Positions 11,092-24,255 are shown, counted from the whole stretch's first letter. The stretch: DNA of 63,589 bases, filler included, from Folioceros fuciformis (GCA_049999805.1; 19 parts of 19 records of this genome joined end to end with filler, not necessarily neighbours in it); one strand, 5' to 3'. Translations and numbers: made by a program. Notes: generated by a model from the letters alone, not told the origin.

Positions 11092-14000
11092 ATGACGTCC
11101 TTAGAAAACGTCATGTTCAATATCGAGAAGTTAGATGGTACTAACTTCCCGTTCTGGAAAGAACAAGTGTATAATGTTCTAGTACAGAAGAAGCAGATCA
11201 AGCCCATCAAGCTGCTAGGAGTGAAACCTGTTAGCATGACTCAGGATGAGTGGCAGGATCTAGATGAGCTTGCTAGGTCTACCATCATGCTAACAGTGTC
11301 GAAGTCGGTCTACTTCAACGTGAAAGACAAGACCACAAGTTTCGAGCTATGGCAGAAGCTGTGTGACTTGTATGAGAAGCAAAGTGCGGCTTCTCAGGTG
11401 TATTGGTTGAAACAGCTGGTGGACTTGAAGATGAAGGAAGGGACGAGGATGTCCGATCATCTGAATGAGTTCAATACCATTTTCAGCCAGCTCTCATCTC
11501 AAGGTATCTCGTTCCCAGATTCCGTGAGAGCTATGTTTCTGTTGGTCACATTACCAGAGAGCTGGGACACCTTCCGTACGGCTCTGAGTAATTCCGCTCC
11601 TGCCAGTGGTCTTATCGTTGTAAATGTAGAAGGTAGCCTATTAACAGAGGAGGTGAACAGGAAGAATATGGAACCTTCGAAAGGTTCTAATGCCCTCATG
11701 GTGAGAGGAAGGTCCACTTCAAAGGGGAAGTACAAGGAGCGAAGTTCTTCCCGTAGCAAATCTCGTAGTCATAACAATGTTGAGTGTTACCATTGTCACA
11801 AGAAGGGTCACATTAGAAGGGACTGCGAGAAGTTCAAGAAGGAAAAAGGCAAGGAGAAGAAGCAAAGCGACAACAACGCAGATTCGAGTATCGAGCGTGA
11901 TGAGGTGAACTCTGTTGACGATGAAGATGTTCTTATCTCTTCTTCTTTTGGTTCTGCACAACTGACAGCCATGGAGAGTCACTTATTCTCTAATTGGATA
12001 ATTGACTCTGGAGCATCTTTCCATGTTACTCCGCATAGGGAGTGGTTTAGCACTTATGATGCTACTAGGAAAGGATGTGTTTGGCTTGGAAATAACTACG
12101 CGTGCGAGATAGCAGGCGTTGGTGATGTGCAGCTGAAGTTCGACAACGGATCTTCATTCACACTAAAGGATGTCAGGCATGTTCCGAAGTTGACCAAAAG
12201 CATGATTAGCATAGGGCAGATGGATGACGCTGGCTACCACTGTTGGTTTGGAGATCGTTCTTGGAAGATCTCCAAAGGTTCTCTTGTGATAGCTCGTGGA
12301 TCGAAGTGTGGCACTTTGTACTCACTTCAAGTAACCCTTGTCAAGGATTATGTGATTTGTGTAGCGGAACAGCCAAGTGTTTCCTTGTGGCATAGTTGGT
12401 TAGGACATATGTCTCAGAAAGGAATGAAGATCTTATCTCGTTTTGGTTACGTCCNNNNNNNNNNNNNNNNNNNNNNNNNNNNNNNNNNNNNNNNNNNNNN
12501 NNNNNNNNNNNNNNNNNNNNNNNNNNNNNNNNNNNNNNNNNNNNNNNNNNNNNNTTTCATTGATGACTTCTCACGCAAGGTGTGGGTTTATCCTTTGAGG
12601 AAAAAGGATGATGTTCTGACAGTGTTTCAGAAATTCGTCACCCTTGTGGAGAATGAGTCTGGCCTCCGGCTGAAGTGTCTAAGGACAGATAATGGGGGAG
12701 AGTATGTCTTGAAGGCTTTCCAGTCATTCTGTGATTCCAAGGAATCAAGAGAGAATTGACTGCACCGTATACTCCTCCCCAGAATGATGTGGCTGAGCAG
12801 ATGAACAAGACCATCCAGGAGAGGATGCGTAGTTTGTTGTCAAACTCTGGATTGCCTAACGGATTTTGGGCAGAAGCGGTGGTTACGGCAGTGCATCTTA
12901 TTAACAGATCTCCTAATAGGGCTGTGGATGAACAGGTTCCAGAGGAGATGTGGTCTGGAAAGAAGCCGTCATACAAACATCTACGAGTGTTTGGCTGCGA
13001 GGCATACTACCATGTTCCGAAGGAGTTTCGCGACAAGTTGGCTCCTAAGTCAAGAAAATGTATTTTTCTTGGCTATGGTGAATTTGGTGAGATGGGATAC
13101 CGTCTATGGGATCCAGAAGCCAAGAGGATGGTTCGCAGCAATGATGTGTTCTTCAATGAGACCAAGATGCACAAGAAGCCTATTCCAATTGTGAAGGTGC
13201 GACGGGTGGTCTTCCAAGAAGATGGACTTGATCGTCCCGCGCAGGCTGAACATCGTGATGTGTAGGAACAAGTTCCTCCACTTGTAGACGAGGAGAGAGT
13301 GCAACCAGCTTCGTAGGTCAGGAAGGATCTCACGTCCTCCTGACAGGTATGTTGCATCTCTTGATTATGTCATGCTGACGGATTGTGGGGAGCCCTCTTG
13401 TTACCAAGAGGCCATGTCAGTGACTGACAAAAACAAGTGGGAGAAGGCGATGCAGTCGCAGATGGATTCGCTCCATAAAAACCAAACTTGGGAGTTGGTT
13501 CGGTTGCCTAAGGGCAAGAAGGCGTTGCCATGCAAATGGGTGTATAAGATGAAGGACATACCCCATTATGGCAAACCCAAGTACAAGGCACGATTGGTTG
13601 CTAAAGGTTTTAAGCAACAGTAAGGTATTGACTTTGATGAGATTTTCTCACCAGTTGTCAAAATAACTACCTTGAGATGTGTTCTTGGTCTGGTTGCGAG
13701 GAACGACATGGAACTTGTCCAGATGGATGTGAAGTCAGCATTTCTGCATGGTGATCTCCAGGAAGAGGTATACATGCAGCAACCAGAGGGTTTCATTGAG
13801 AAGGGCAAAGAGAATCTGGTGTGCAAGTTAAAGAAGAGCCTTTATGGTTTGAAGCAGGCACCCAGGGAGTGGTATTTCAAGTTCCACTCATTTATGCTTT
13901 CTCAAGGCTACAAGCGTAGCGATATGGATCATTGCCTCTATACTAAGCAAGCTAAGGATGGAAGCTTGCTCATTCTAGTCCTCTATGTGGATGATATGCT

Positions 14001-14996
14001 AATTGCTGGGACTAACAGTGATGAGATTTCAGCGTTGCAGTCAAAGTTGAATGGTCGCTTTGACATGACAGACTTGGGGGAGGCAAGCCATATTCTTGGC
14101 ATGCGTATTCGTCGAGACAGACAGAAGCGTTTGATGTACTTGTCTCAGACAGAATCCATTAACAAGGTGCTTCAACGTTTCAATATGGAGAAGGGGGAGG
14201 TCTTAAGTACTCCGTTGCCTCCATATGTGAAACTTTCGAGCAAGGATTGCCCAACTTCTGCGGAGGATAAAGCTGAAATGGAGAAGGTTCCATACTCATC
14301 AGCTGTAGGGAGTTTGATGTATGCAATGATTGCTACACGTCCTGACATTGCTTTNNNNNNNNNNNNNNNNNNNNNNNNNNNNNNNNNNNNNNNNNNNNNN
14401 NNNNNNNNNNNNNNNNNNNNNNNNNNNNNNNNNNNNNNNNNNNNNNNNNNNNNNATTGGGAGGTAGTGAAAGGAGTTATGAGGTATTTGAATAGTACAAA
14501 GGCTTTGTGCTTATGCTTTGGTAGTGAAGATGCATCTGTAGTGGGATATACGAATGCTGATTATGCAGGGGATATGGACAAAAGGAGGTCCACATCAGGT
14601 TATGTCTTCATGTGCACTGGAGGGGCAGTCTCATGGCGATCTCGTTTGCAATCGTGCATAACGCTATCTACCACAGAGGCCGAGTATGTTGCAGCGACTA
14701 AGGCTTGCAAGGAAGCCATGTGGCTTGCTCGTTTAGTGGAAGATTTGGGGATCAAGGGTGAGCTGCCAGTATTGCATTGTGATAGCCAGAGTGCTATCCA
14801 GTTGGCGAAGAATCCAGTGTTTCATGTGAAGACCAAACATGTGGAAGTGAAGTATCACTTCATTCGAGAGGTGTTGGAAGACAAGAGGGTACAGCTTGTC
14901 AAAGTTCACACCAGTCAGAACCCTGCAGATGTTCTTACCAAGGGGCTCTCTACGGAGCAATTCGCACAAGCTTGGACACTTCCGGGCATGAGCTAG
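11092..14996 (+). pseudogene. Copia gag-pol polyprotein with frameshift and stops
   Basis: CYHCHKKGHIRRDC knuckle, WIIDSGASFH protease, LRTDNGGEY integrase, LYVDDMLI RT, ADYAGD RNase H. Frameshift at ~12750; stops at ~13263 and ~13621. Confidence 0.93.
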
Positions 14997-15450
14997 ACCA
15001 CTCTCTTATGAAGGTAAATTGACCTTTAAGTGGGAGGTTGTAGGTTTATTAAAGCCCAATGTGCTTAGGCTAATGTGTTTAGTCTAAGATTANNNNNNNN
15101 NNNNNNNNNNNNNNNNNNNNNNNNNNNNNNNNNNNNTTAATTAATTAANNNNNNNNNNNNNNNNNNNNNNNNNNNNNNNNNNNNNNNNNNNNTGCTAATA
15201 AATGCGGTAGCGTGCTTATAACAAAAAACATTGATTAAACAAATGGAGAGAGATGTCTCTTTAAATACAAAATTGTGTGTGTCTCTTGAGTTAATTAAAT
15301 AACCTTTAGTTAACCTAAGCCATAAGCTATGTTAGGGTTTTATACCCAACACTCCCACTAAACCTACATGGCTTATGTAACTACTGGTTCGAACAGAGCA
15401 TCATTACGAACCATTACGCCCAGCTACCCTGCTCAGCCACGTACGCTCAC

Positions 15451-16248
15451 ATGGAGATCTTATTCACAGTCCTTTTAAGCTTTGTATGCTACCTGCTCGG
15501 AGGAGCAATCGCAAGACGAAAGATGAAGACCCGCTCAGGCGCGACACTCAGCGAGCCACCAGCCATGGCACCCAGGCACACCAGCAGGAGGAGCGCAACC
15601 AGCAGTATTGGTGGAGGTCAGGAGCGCGGACGCCCAGCAGCCAGAAGGGAAATTCCAGCTGTGGCGCCAGCACCACCGGCCAACGCACCAACACCTGTCA
15701 ACCTGCCTCGCCGCCCTGCCAACGTCCCAGTGATAGAGCTGGATTCTGATGAATCCTCCAGAGCCTCAAAGCCAAGCATCACAAACCTCTCTCCTATGCC
15801 CAACTCAGCTGACGAGGACGAAGAAGTGGAGAGCATCCCTCGCCGCAGAGCCTGTGCTCTCGGAGGACCTCCCACTGCTCCTCAACTAGCTGATCAGGTG
15901 GATGCAGTGTTTGCTACGCTTGCTGAAATGGAGAAGCTCCTAGACGTGAAGAGAGCTGAGGTGGCTAGGCAGTAAGCAGAGCTGATAGAAGAAACTGTGG
16001 AAAGAGCTGCTGTTGCTGCTGATAAGGCCTTCGACGACATAGAAGAGAACAGGACCAGGCGTCGTGGTAGCAGAGACTGTAGTGTATGTGCCTACATAAG
16101 TAAGCTGTGTCCTCTGTGTGGGAAGAGACTGTATGCGGTGAGTGAAAAACCTGACCATGTGCTGCTTACGCTTAAAACTAGCCTTGAGCTTCATCCACTA
16201 AGCAGACATGTGCCTGACCTTATGTTGTTCTGTGCAGAAGGGATATGA
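15451..16248 (+). CDS. Antisense extra ORF inside the copia 3' region (TM segment, Pro-rich, coiled-coil, CxxC..CxxC), one internal TAA at 15973
   Basis: ORFs 15451-15975 and 15997-16248 are in the same frame. N-terminal MEILFTVLLSFVCYLLGGAIA; C-terminal CSVCAYISKLCPLCG. Confidence 0.6.
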
Positions 16249-16394
16249 GTCAAAGGTGGCCCCTCGTGAAGACTGAAGCATGGCAGTGAACTGTGGCAAG
16301 AGCCACTAAGGTGCAAACCTTCTTATGTGGTGTGCACCAAATCCAGAGACAATTAGTACTCGTCCTGCACAGTGTTGCAGTCAAATCTTGCATA

Positions 16395-19300
16395 TTAGGG
16401 ATAGCTGAACTCTTTGAGTCCCAGTGGAGCCATGTGCTGAAAATGTCTGGCTTTGGGAAGCCCCTTGGTAAATATGTCTGCAGTGTTTAAGTGAGTACTA
16501 ACATATTGCACATTCACTATGCCTCGTTCTGCTATATCCCTGATGTAATGATGATAGAGTTCTATATGTTTGGTCCTGGCATGAAACCTTGGATTAGCAA
16601 CAAGGGCAATTGCACTCATGTTATCACAGAGCAGCAGAGTAGGACCATCCTGTGCTTGGTTTACTGATTCCAGAAACTGCCTTTGCCACTCAGCTTCCTT
16701 GCAGGCATTCGTGAGAGCTTTGTATTCAGCCTCCGTGGATGAAAGAGCAAGAGAAGTTTGCTTCTTGCAGCTCCAATTAACGGTTCCAAATGCCAACAGA
16801 AAACAATAAGCTGATAAGCTCTTCCTGGTGTCGGCATCGGATGCCCAATCGGCATCAGCAAAAGAGATAAGTTCAAGTCGATTGCTCCCACTGCTTGTGT
16901 ACTGCAGTCCATAGGATGCTGTGCCCTTCAGATAGCGATAGAGCCGTTTAATGGCTGCCCAATGTTGCTTGCCAAGTGACTTCAAGAACTGGGACACCAT
17001 AGACACAGCATAGCTAATATCTGGTCGAGTCCAGTTCGAGAGGTAGATCAAACAGCCAACTGCCTCTGCGTAAGGGATGGCCTTCATGTCCTCTAACTCA
17101 CGAGCATTCTGAGGAGACATATCAGCTGTTAACTTTTCCCCCATTGCAGAGGGAGTGGCTACAGGTTTAGCACCATCCAGGTGAAACCGCTTGAGAATTT
17201 CTTTTAAATATTTCGTCTGATGCAAGACAATCTGACCATGTGCCCTGTGCCGCAGGATTTGTATACCCAGGCAAAACTGCAGATCACCCTGGTCGGTCAT
17301 CTCGAATTCTTGGCGTAACATGTCCTTTACCTTGTCAAGCTGGCCAATGCTGTTACTCAAAAGCACACAGTCGTCAACATAGAGTGCAAGTATAACAAAC
17401 AGGGAGCCATCAGCAAGGTAAAACACGTTAGTGTCAGCAGGAGATTGAACGAATCCAAGCTTACGTAGATACTTCATTATTCGTTTGTACCATGCACGCG
17501 GAGATTGTTTAAGGCCATATATCGTCTTTAATAGCTTACAGACTTTCTGTGCGGTTTTGGGACTAATGTATCCTTGTGGCTGCTCCATGTAGAGAGTCTC
17601 CTCACGTTCCCCGTGCAAAAACGCAGTGCACACATCCATTTGTTGTACCTCCAAGTCACACTCGGCTGCCATAGCCAGCAATATGCGGACTGAAGGAGGT
17701 TTAACAACTGGTGAAAAGGTATCACCATAGTCTATGCCGGGAATCTGGCTGAATCCTCTAGCAACCAACCTGGATTTATAGGGGGCAATAGTCCCGTCTG
17801 CTTTGAGCTTGGTCTTAAAGACCCATTTACAGCTGATGGGTTTCCTACCTTCTGGTAAGTCCACCAACTCCCAAGTATTGCTTTTAATGAGTGAGGCATA
17901 CTCATCGTCAATGGATGTACGCTAGTGAGGGCCATCAGGGCCATTAATAGCTTCATCATAAGTTTGGGGATCAGGTCGAACTTCAGGTACATAAAAATCT
18001 GCTACATGTGCTTGTGATCCTAGTCTGAAGTCTATAGATTGATATGGGGGCTCAGCCCATTGCTCACGTGGTCGTCTGTCCCTCGTAGGGTAACGAGATT
18101 CGGCAGCAACTTCTGGTTCGGATGCTTCCACTTCTGGAATATCAGGCAAGTCATCATTAGTAAAATCCTCCTCCAGCAATGAGCCAGTGGAATCTGACTA
18201 TGCCTCCTGACCATCCAGGAAATCCTGATCAACATGTGGGTCTGCAGCATCCTCGTCAACAGCAACATCATTGTCAAGACCTTGTAGTAGGTCTTCTCCG
18301 TCGGAGTCTGGGTAATTAACAGCTGGTTGTTGAACAACTAATCCAGGCTGACCAGGCTGTAGAATGACCTGTTGTGGTGGGACTGCTGCAGGCGGAGCCT
18401 GTCCTTGTACATCAATAGGGAGATCTATGCCTGAGCCATAATCCTCATCATATACTTGTGGATCGGAATCAGTCATAACAGGGATGTTAGTGCCAAAGTA
18501 TGTCTTCAGACCTTTACGAGGTGACGACAGCTCGTCAAAGGTAACACTACGAGCTTACACCACTTTCCTGGTTGCTGGTTCATATAGCTTATATGCCTTA
18601 GATACCTCAGAGTAACCAAGAAACAATAAGGGCCTTGCCCTATCATCTAGCTTGCGTCGTTTCTGTTTAGGTATGTATGCATAAGTTGTGGAACCAAACA
18701 CCCTCATATGAAGAAGACTTGGTTTCTTCTTCCAAAAGACCTCATAAGGAGTTTTACCAGGTACGCTGGTTGTTAGCACTTTATTTAAGATGTAAGCAGC
18801 TGTTGTGAGAGCCTCTGCCCAGTAGTGTTTAGGCAGTCCTGCCCATCCAAGCATGCTTCTAGTCATACCCATTAAAGTCTGATTCTTGCGCTCGGCTACT
18901 CCGTTTTGCTGTTGTGTGTATGGAATCGAGAGTTGTCGTATGATCCCATGAGCTTCAAACAACACATCATACTGGTGACCAACGAACTCGCCTCCGTTGT
19001 CAGTGCGAAAGCACTTCACCAAATTTCCAGTCTGCCTTTGCACCATGACAATCCAGTTCTCGATACACTCGAAGGCATCACTCTTGAGGCGAAGTGGGTA
19101 AACCCAAGTATAACGTGAATAGTCATCTGTTAATGTCAGGTAGTACTCCGCCCCTCCTAGTGACTTAACTTGAAGTTTGCCTGCGATATCAGCATGAACA
19201 AGTTCTAACATTGCCTGTGCCCTCTGTGACTGTTTATTTTTGAAGGGGAACTCCTTCTGTTTCGACATAACACAGGACTGACAAACAGGGAGGTGCTTAA

Positions 19301-20816
19301 AACAAGGAGGAAGCTTTTCCCTAAAACAGTCTAGGGAAGCCATAAGGTTCAACTTCTCTTTGTTCACATGTCCTAGCCTAGCGTGCCACAAATTTGCTTC
19401 AGACACAGTAGAGGTAACATACGCTTCTGATTCAGCCGAATTGTGTAGTTGATACAGATCATTAACAAGCTGACCTCTAGCTATGCACCTGCCGGGTCTG
19501 GACAAGTCATAAAGACAACAGTAACCTTGCTCAAACGTGAAGCCAAATTTTCCGGAATTAGTGGCTGCACGAACTGACAGCAAGTTCTTTGACATTTTGG
19601 GCACGTACAGGACATTTTCTAGAAGGATTTCAGTCTCATCAGCCAAGGTAATCAAGACTGAACCTACTCCACGCACATCTATGCCTCTAGAATCCCCCAC
19701 ATAAACTGATTGTGGTGGGACTTCTGTTGTTAGAGTGACAAATAGATTCTTGTTGTTACATATGTGAGACATAGCTCCTGAATCTATGTACCAGGAAGCC
19801 AAATCAGCAGAAGACGACAGACAGACTATTGTTACTGTTAAAACTATCGAGCTGCTCTTGTGTGGAGTAGACCCCTTGTCCTTCGCAGCAACATGTGCTT
19901 CAGGGCGAGGGTCCTTCTTAGATTCACCAGCCTTCTTCTTGCGATAGTCCTGCTCCCAATGGCCAGGTATTTGACACCAATTGCAATTGCCTTGTCGTTT
20001 GGTGGAGGGATTTGAGGAAGTCGAGCCACCAGAGGTCTGTCCTAATTGGTAAGATTTCTTATCCTTCCCCTTCCCCTTCACAAACAATTTGCCTTTTGCT
20101 GCAAATAGGACTTTTTCGCTTTTAGAACGAGCTCCCTGACCTGGTTTGTGTCTGCTAGCCTCCTCTTGCAGGAGAGCTCCGACCACAGTATTCAGGTTGA
20201 GAGTGTAAGCCTGATTAGCAGCGGCAGCAGCATATGCTGCAGTGAGTGCCGAATTCTGTCCAAAAATGAAGGTCTGGTAAGATGAGGGAAGGGCAGTGAA
20301 CAGTTGGGCAACCATCTCGACCTCACTAATCTTGACCCCTAGCGAAGCAAGTTGTGCTCGCAGTAGTCTCAGCTTGGTGATACCAGGGCCAACAGGTTCT
20401 CCTTCCCGCATCCTGAATGAGTGAAAGTCACTCCTAACATGCATAAGGGTGCATACATTCTGCACCTGATAAGTATCCTTGAGTTGAGTCCAAATTTCAG
20501 CTGCTGTTTCGAGGAACTCAACCTCAGTGACTGTTGTGGCATCCAGTCCTGACAAAAGGATTGCAAATGCCACCTTATTTCCTTTGTCCCACTTGAGAAT
20601 CTCATCTGCTGTGGGTTGGAGTGCTGATGTGGCATGTATCTTGTGAGGGTTAACTACAGAGCCATCAACGTACTCCCACACATCTCGAGCATTCAGATTT
20701 GCTTTCATTCGTGCCCTCCAACTTTCATAATTTACAGGTTTGCCGTCAAATCGGTCTTTTTCTTTGAACTCACCAGAGTACGACCCCGTGCTAGTGGTGG
20801 TTGTAGATGCAGCCAT
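16395..20816 (-). pseudogene. Copia gag-pol, single frame with three in-frame stops (18555, 18198, 17922)
   Basis: CNWCQIPGHW knuckle, WYIDSGA, LWHARLGH...CQSC, RTDNGGEF, LYVDDCVL, FADADWASD. Confidence 0.93.
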
Positions 20817-21245
20817 GTTAGACACAGGTACTACTCTTGGAGTAACAAGATATGAAGGAAGGATGAAGACAGGGAACTGAGCCTGCAGGGATTGTAGAAA
20901 AGAGAACTTTGTGGCTAAGTCCTCGTCAATGTCACTATTTGAATCCTCAATAAGCCAATTTAGGCCAAACGACATGGACGACAACAAAACGACGTCTATG
21001 AAAGGTATGTCCCGTTTCTAAAAGGCTGTTTTTAGGGTTAGATATGAACAGACATAGAATAACGTGAAGCGATGCAGGTGAACATAAAAAACGCGACAGG
21101 TGGCAGGACTCCTCAACCGTCAACCTAGGCGCAGGTGCTGGTTGGAGTCTCGCTGAATGCCGCTGGCACTGCACCTGCTACACCCACTCTGGCGATCCCC
21201 CTCCAAGGCTGAAGCTGGGATCCCGAGTAAAGGCACACGGCGCCC

Positions 21246-21656
21246 CTACAGATCTGATCGCCCACACGATGGCACCCTTTCAGGCTCTTCGCGTGTAGGC
21301 ACCAAGCTCGGCAAGTAGGTTGCAACCAGGGGAGATCTTACAGAAACAGAACCAAATTCAGCATGCTCCAATCTCAAGGTGAGGGCTGAAAGGGAATTTT
21401 GTAAACTCTGAAGCAGATCGTGCACCGCTGTCAATAGATCTCCCTGTTGTAGCAGCAGTGAATATCCTCTGCAGACTTGCGAAAGAAGAGTCTCGTCTGT
21501 ACTGGTAACTCTGATGCGTAGAGCTTCTAATCTGAGCTCCGCCAATTCATTCCAGTGAGTGAATCTTCTCTCAAATTCTGCTGAGGGATCTAATAGCCTG
21601 TTTGAAAATCTTCTGCAGGTGTTGTAGGGACGCGGAGAGGGAGCCCTTTCTCCCAA
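21246..21656 (-). CDS. Pre-gag extra ORF (coiled-coil-like) of the copia element
   Basis: Heptad-like LLTAVHDLLQSLQNSLSALTLRLE, similar to a segment of ORF 47847-48173. Non-ATG start in the ORF track. Confidence 0.4.
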   Translation of the reverse strand: MGERAPSPRPYNTCRRFSNRLLDPSAEFERRFTHWNELAELRLEALRIRVTSTDETLLSQVCRGYSLLLQQGDLLTAVHDLLQSLQNSLSALTLRLEHAEFGSVSVRSPLVATYLPSLVPTREEPERVPSCGRSDL

Positions 21657-21805
21657 GTTGAGTTGATGGGATCTTCTCTCTTGAAGAGGAGATATCCAGC
21701 TGTGANNNNNNNNNNNNNNNNNNNNNNNNNNNNNNNNNNNNNNNNNNNNTTAATTAATTAANNNNNNNNNNNNNNNNNNNNNNNNNNNNNNNNNNNNNNN
21801 NNNNN

Positions 21806-22840
21806 CTCTCTTCATGCGGATCGGAACATGGCAATCTTACGCTTCCGGTCCCCAGGCCATGTCTAAACGCCCCGTAGCGGCCCAAGAGATGAACACATGC
21901 AAGGAACCTACTTGCTAAGGGACAGCGAGGAGGGTCACATAGCTTTCACGTGGGGGCCGCATCTGCTGAAGCGCGTATCGGATAGCCTAAGGCACCGGGC
22001 CGGGCAGTCCTGCAGGCTTCATGTCAAGACCGGGGGCAGGAGCTCCATCAAGGCCTGGCACCTTTTGGCCACCGTCATCCAGCAGTGCAGGAAATCTGCA
22101 ACTTGTTCGAGTGAAAGCTTGACTTGACCGTGCACCGGACGAAGTGGTGGGTATGTTTGCTTGAACTCGAGGGGAAAGCAAGCAGGACATGGCGCGGGGC
22201 AGGTGGCAATCCTAAGCCGCTGGAGTTCCGATACCCCGATACTGCGCATGCCTGTTCTCCGCCCGGACGGAGCATGCCTTCAAGCACGTCTATTGTTGCC
22301 ACCTGAACACGCCGGTCTGCAGAATTGGGCAACCAACACAGCTGACCGCGCTGGGGGCGACCGCGGGGTCATACGTCCATTCCAATGTGCCCTCTAGGCA
22401 TACCGTCGGTTCTACTGCAATGTACCCTTAGCCGGACGCAGGACAGTGGGGACTTTGCGGAAAACAACACCGCGCTGCCGGTTGCAGCAATGTCTGACGC
22501 GATCCTCGCCGGGCCTAAGGTCCCTCAAATCTGGACTCCCCGGCCTCTCACCCCGCCTACTCTCCTTCTAAGAAAAGACCACGCAGGAGGTTGATTGCCC
22601 GCCATGTCATTAAGCTGCCCTCATCCTCAATCCACGTCCACACTTGCACCGCATTTCTCAACGCCATCATCGTGTTCTCGTGATGAACCTTCGATCCACC
22701 TCTGCGATCGCAAAACCACTCCCACAAATGAACCTTACATGGCCAAGCACTGTCCTCCACTGTTCCAGGCTTCCGCGCATAAGAAGAAGACTGCATCAGG
22801 TACGGCCTGGCGCTCTCTTCATGCGGATCGGAACATGGCA
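21806..22840. repeat. ~1.0-kb GC-rich closed (tandem) unit of unknown origin
   Basis: The first 28 bp (CTCTCTTCATGCGGATCGGAACATGGCA) recur at the contig end. Only short broken ORFs. Confidence 0.7.
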
Positions 22841-22940
22841 NNNNNNNNNNNNNNNNNNNNNNNNNNNNNNNNNNNNNNNNNNNNTTAATTAATTAANNNN
22901 NNNNNNNNNNNNNNNNNNNNNNNNNNNNNNNNNNNNNNNN

Positions 22941-24255
22941 CTTAGGGTCCTCAGGATACACCACTTCTGTCCTGAATTCGGTGCTTTTGAGTAGGTACAC
23001 TTCCCCATCATCCTTCAACGCCTGCATGAGCAAAAGGTCATCCCTACATGAGGGATCCCATCCTCCTCGATTGCTCCAACACCACGAAACATGAATGAAT
23101 GAATGAATGACTGAATGAATGAATCACGCCAAGTTCAACCTGCACATCGTTCAACACTCCTTGATACGCGTCCTCCAAGTCTTGTAATGGAGTGCCGTTC
23201 AGCTCGCCCCGAATGCATGTGAGCAGCTCCTCCTTGTCGTTCAAGGCGTACTTGGGCTGCATAGGCAGCAAAAACCACGTCACACTCCATCATCAGCTCA
23301 TCGGAGCCCAAGAGAACCACAGTCCTCCCGACGTTGCACATGTACATGTAACGAAAACAAGTTGGCTACCTTGTAACGAAAACATTGCCCGTCGAAGGCA
23401 ACCTTGGGATTGTTCTGCAGCTTGTCGAACAGCTCCACGTTGGCCCTCAGTTTCACGTGGCACATACTCTCGATGTCCTCCGGAAGCAAGTTCCTCCGCG
23501 TCTGGATGGCAACAGCATCAACACACGGCAACGTGAACACTCACCGGCTATCGACGTGCTCCTACTCCTCAACCCTCCACAATATCTCCTTCCAACCCGA
23601 GCGATCAAGAGCTTACCTCACGAAGAAGGTCTAGCACACGCTTCAACTTTGCTAGCACACATACTGGCTCGCGCGGTTGGGCGGAGGTCATGGCCTTCTG
23701 CTGTTGCATCATCTGCGCCTTTCCTCCGACCTGCCAGTTACCGTTCTCGGTGCCTGCAGCCGACGCTCCAACATGGACCGTGCCTCCATCTTTGGCGGAC
23801 TTCGTAGAGCCTGGTCCCACTAGCCCTGCCATTGGAGGGAGGGGCGGGTGCGGCTTCCTCACACCGGAAGTGGAAGGCCGCACCTCCTCAGGAGCAGGAG
23901 GAGTTGTCCTCGGACCCCATGTATGCGGCTTTGCCTGCCCCTTTGCATGCCCTCCCACACTCGGCCTTGGGGCGATGGCATTCTTATTCCTTTGCGTTTG
24001 CTGCGACAGCTGCTCTTTGCCTGCCGTGATCCAACTGTACTGCGAGGGCGCCGCGGGCTGTCTCATTGGAAGGGGGGGCAGCTGCTTCGAATCCGTGGCA
24101 TCAGAACTGGAGCGCTTTGCCCGCTTCGGAGCAGCGGGAGCCATGCCTAGATCCGAACCCGAGGCCTTCGTCTTGCGGGAGCTCATGTTCTTCAACCGCT
24201 CTGCTCGGCCTCTAGGAGCGACCAACCCACCGGTATTGGAGTGGATGGACTTCAA
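22941..24255 (-). CDS. TFIIE beta subunit-like gene, exons 1-4a (24255 or 24186 to 23617, 23501-23370, 23256-23140, 23021-22941); continues at 27363-27094
   Basis: Spliced product LAKLKRVLDLLRE|TRRNLLPEDIESMCHVKLRANVELFDKLQNNPKVAFDGQCFRYK|PKYALNDKEELL...LQDLEDAYQGVLNDVQ|ALKDDGEVYLL...VYPEDP resembles plant TFIIE-beta. Three phase-0 GT-AG introns; TATA-like CTATATAAG (minus) at ~24290-24298. Confidence 0.88.

Larger units (their letters stand above)
10175..15092 (+). mobile_element. Ty1/copia LTR retrotransposon (Tnt1/Tork-like), collapsed as a one-LTR cycle, decayed
   Basis: LTR starts TGTAGG (15039) and ends CCTACA (10494). PBS TGGTATCAGAG 10497-10507; PPT AAGTGGGAGG ~15028-15037; TATAAATA ~10380. 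Contig ends overlap by 47 bp. Domain order gag-PR-IN-RT-RH. Confidence 0.95.
15193..21705 (-). mobile_element. Ty1/copia LTR retrotransposon with extra 5' ORF and 3' antisense ORF; 5' LTR not in contig
   Basis: 3' LTR begins TGTTGGG at 15351 (minus) after PPT AGTGGGAG (15352-15359). Gag-pol spans 20816-16395. Confidence 0.93.

Noticed and set aside
10175-15092. Terminal direct repeats as proof of extrachromosomal circular DNA
   Set aside because: Exact 47-bp overlaps recur on unrelated contigs, as expected from a k=48 assembly graph; circularity in vivo is not shown.
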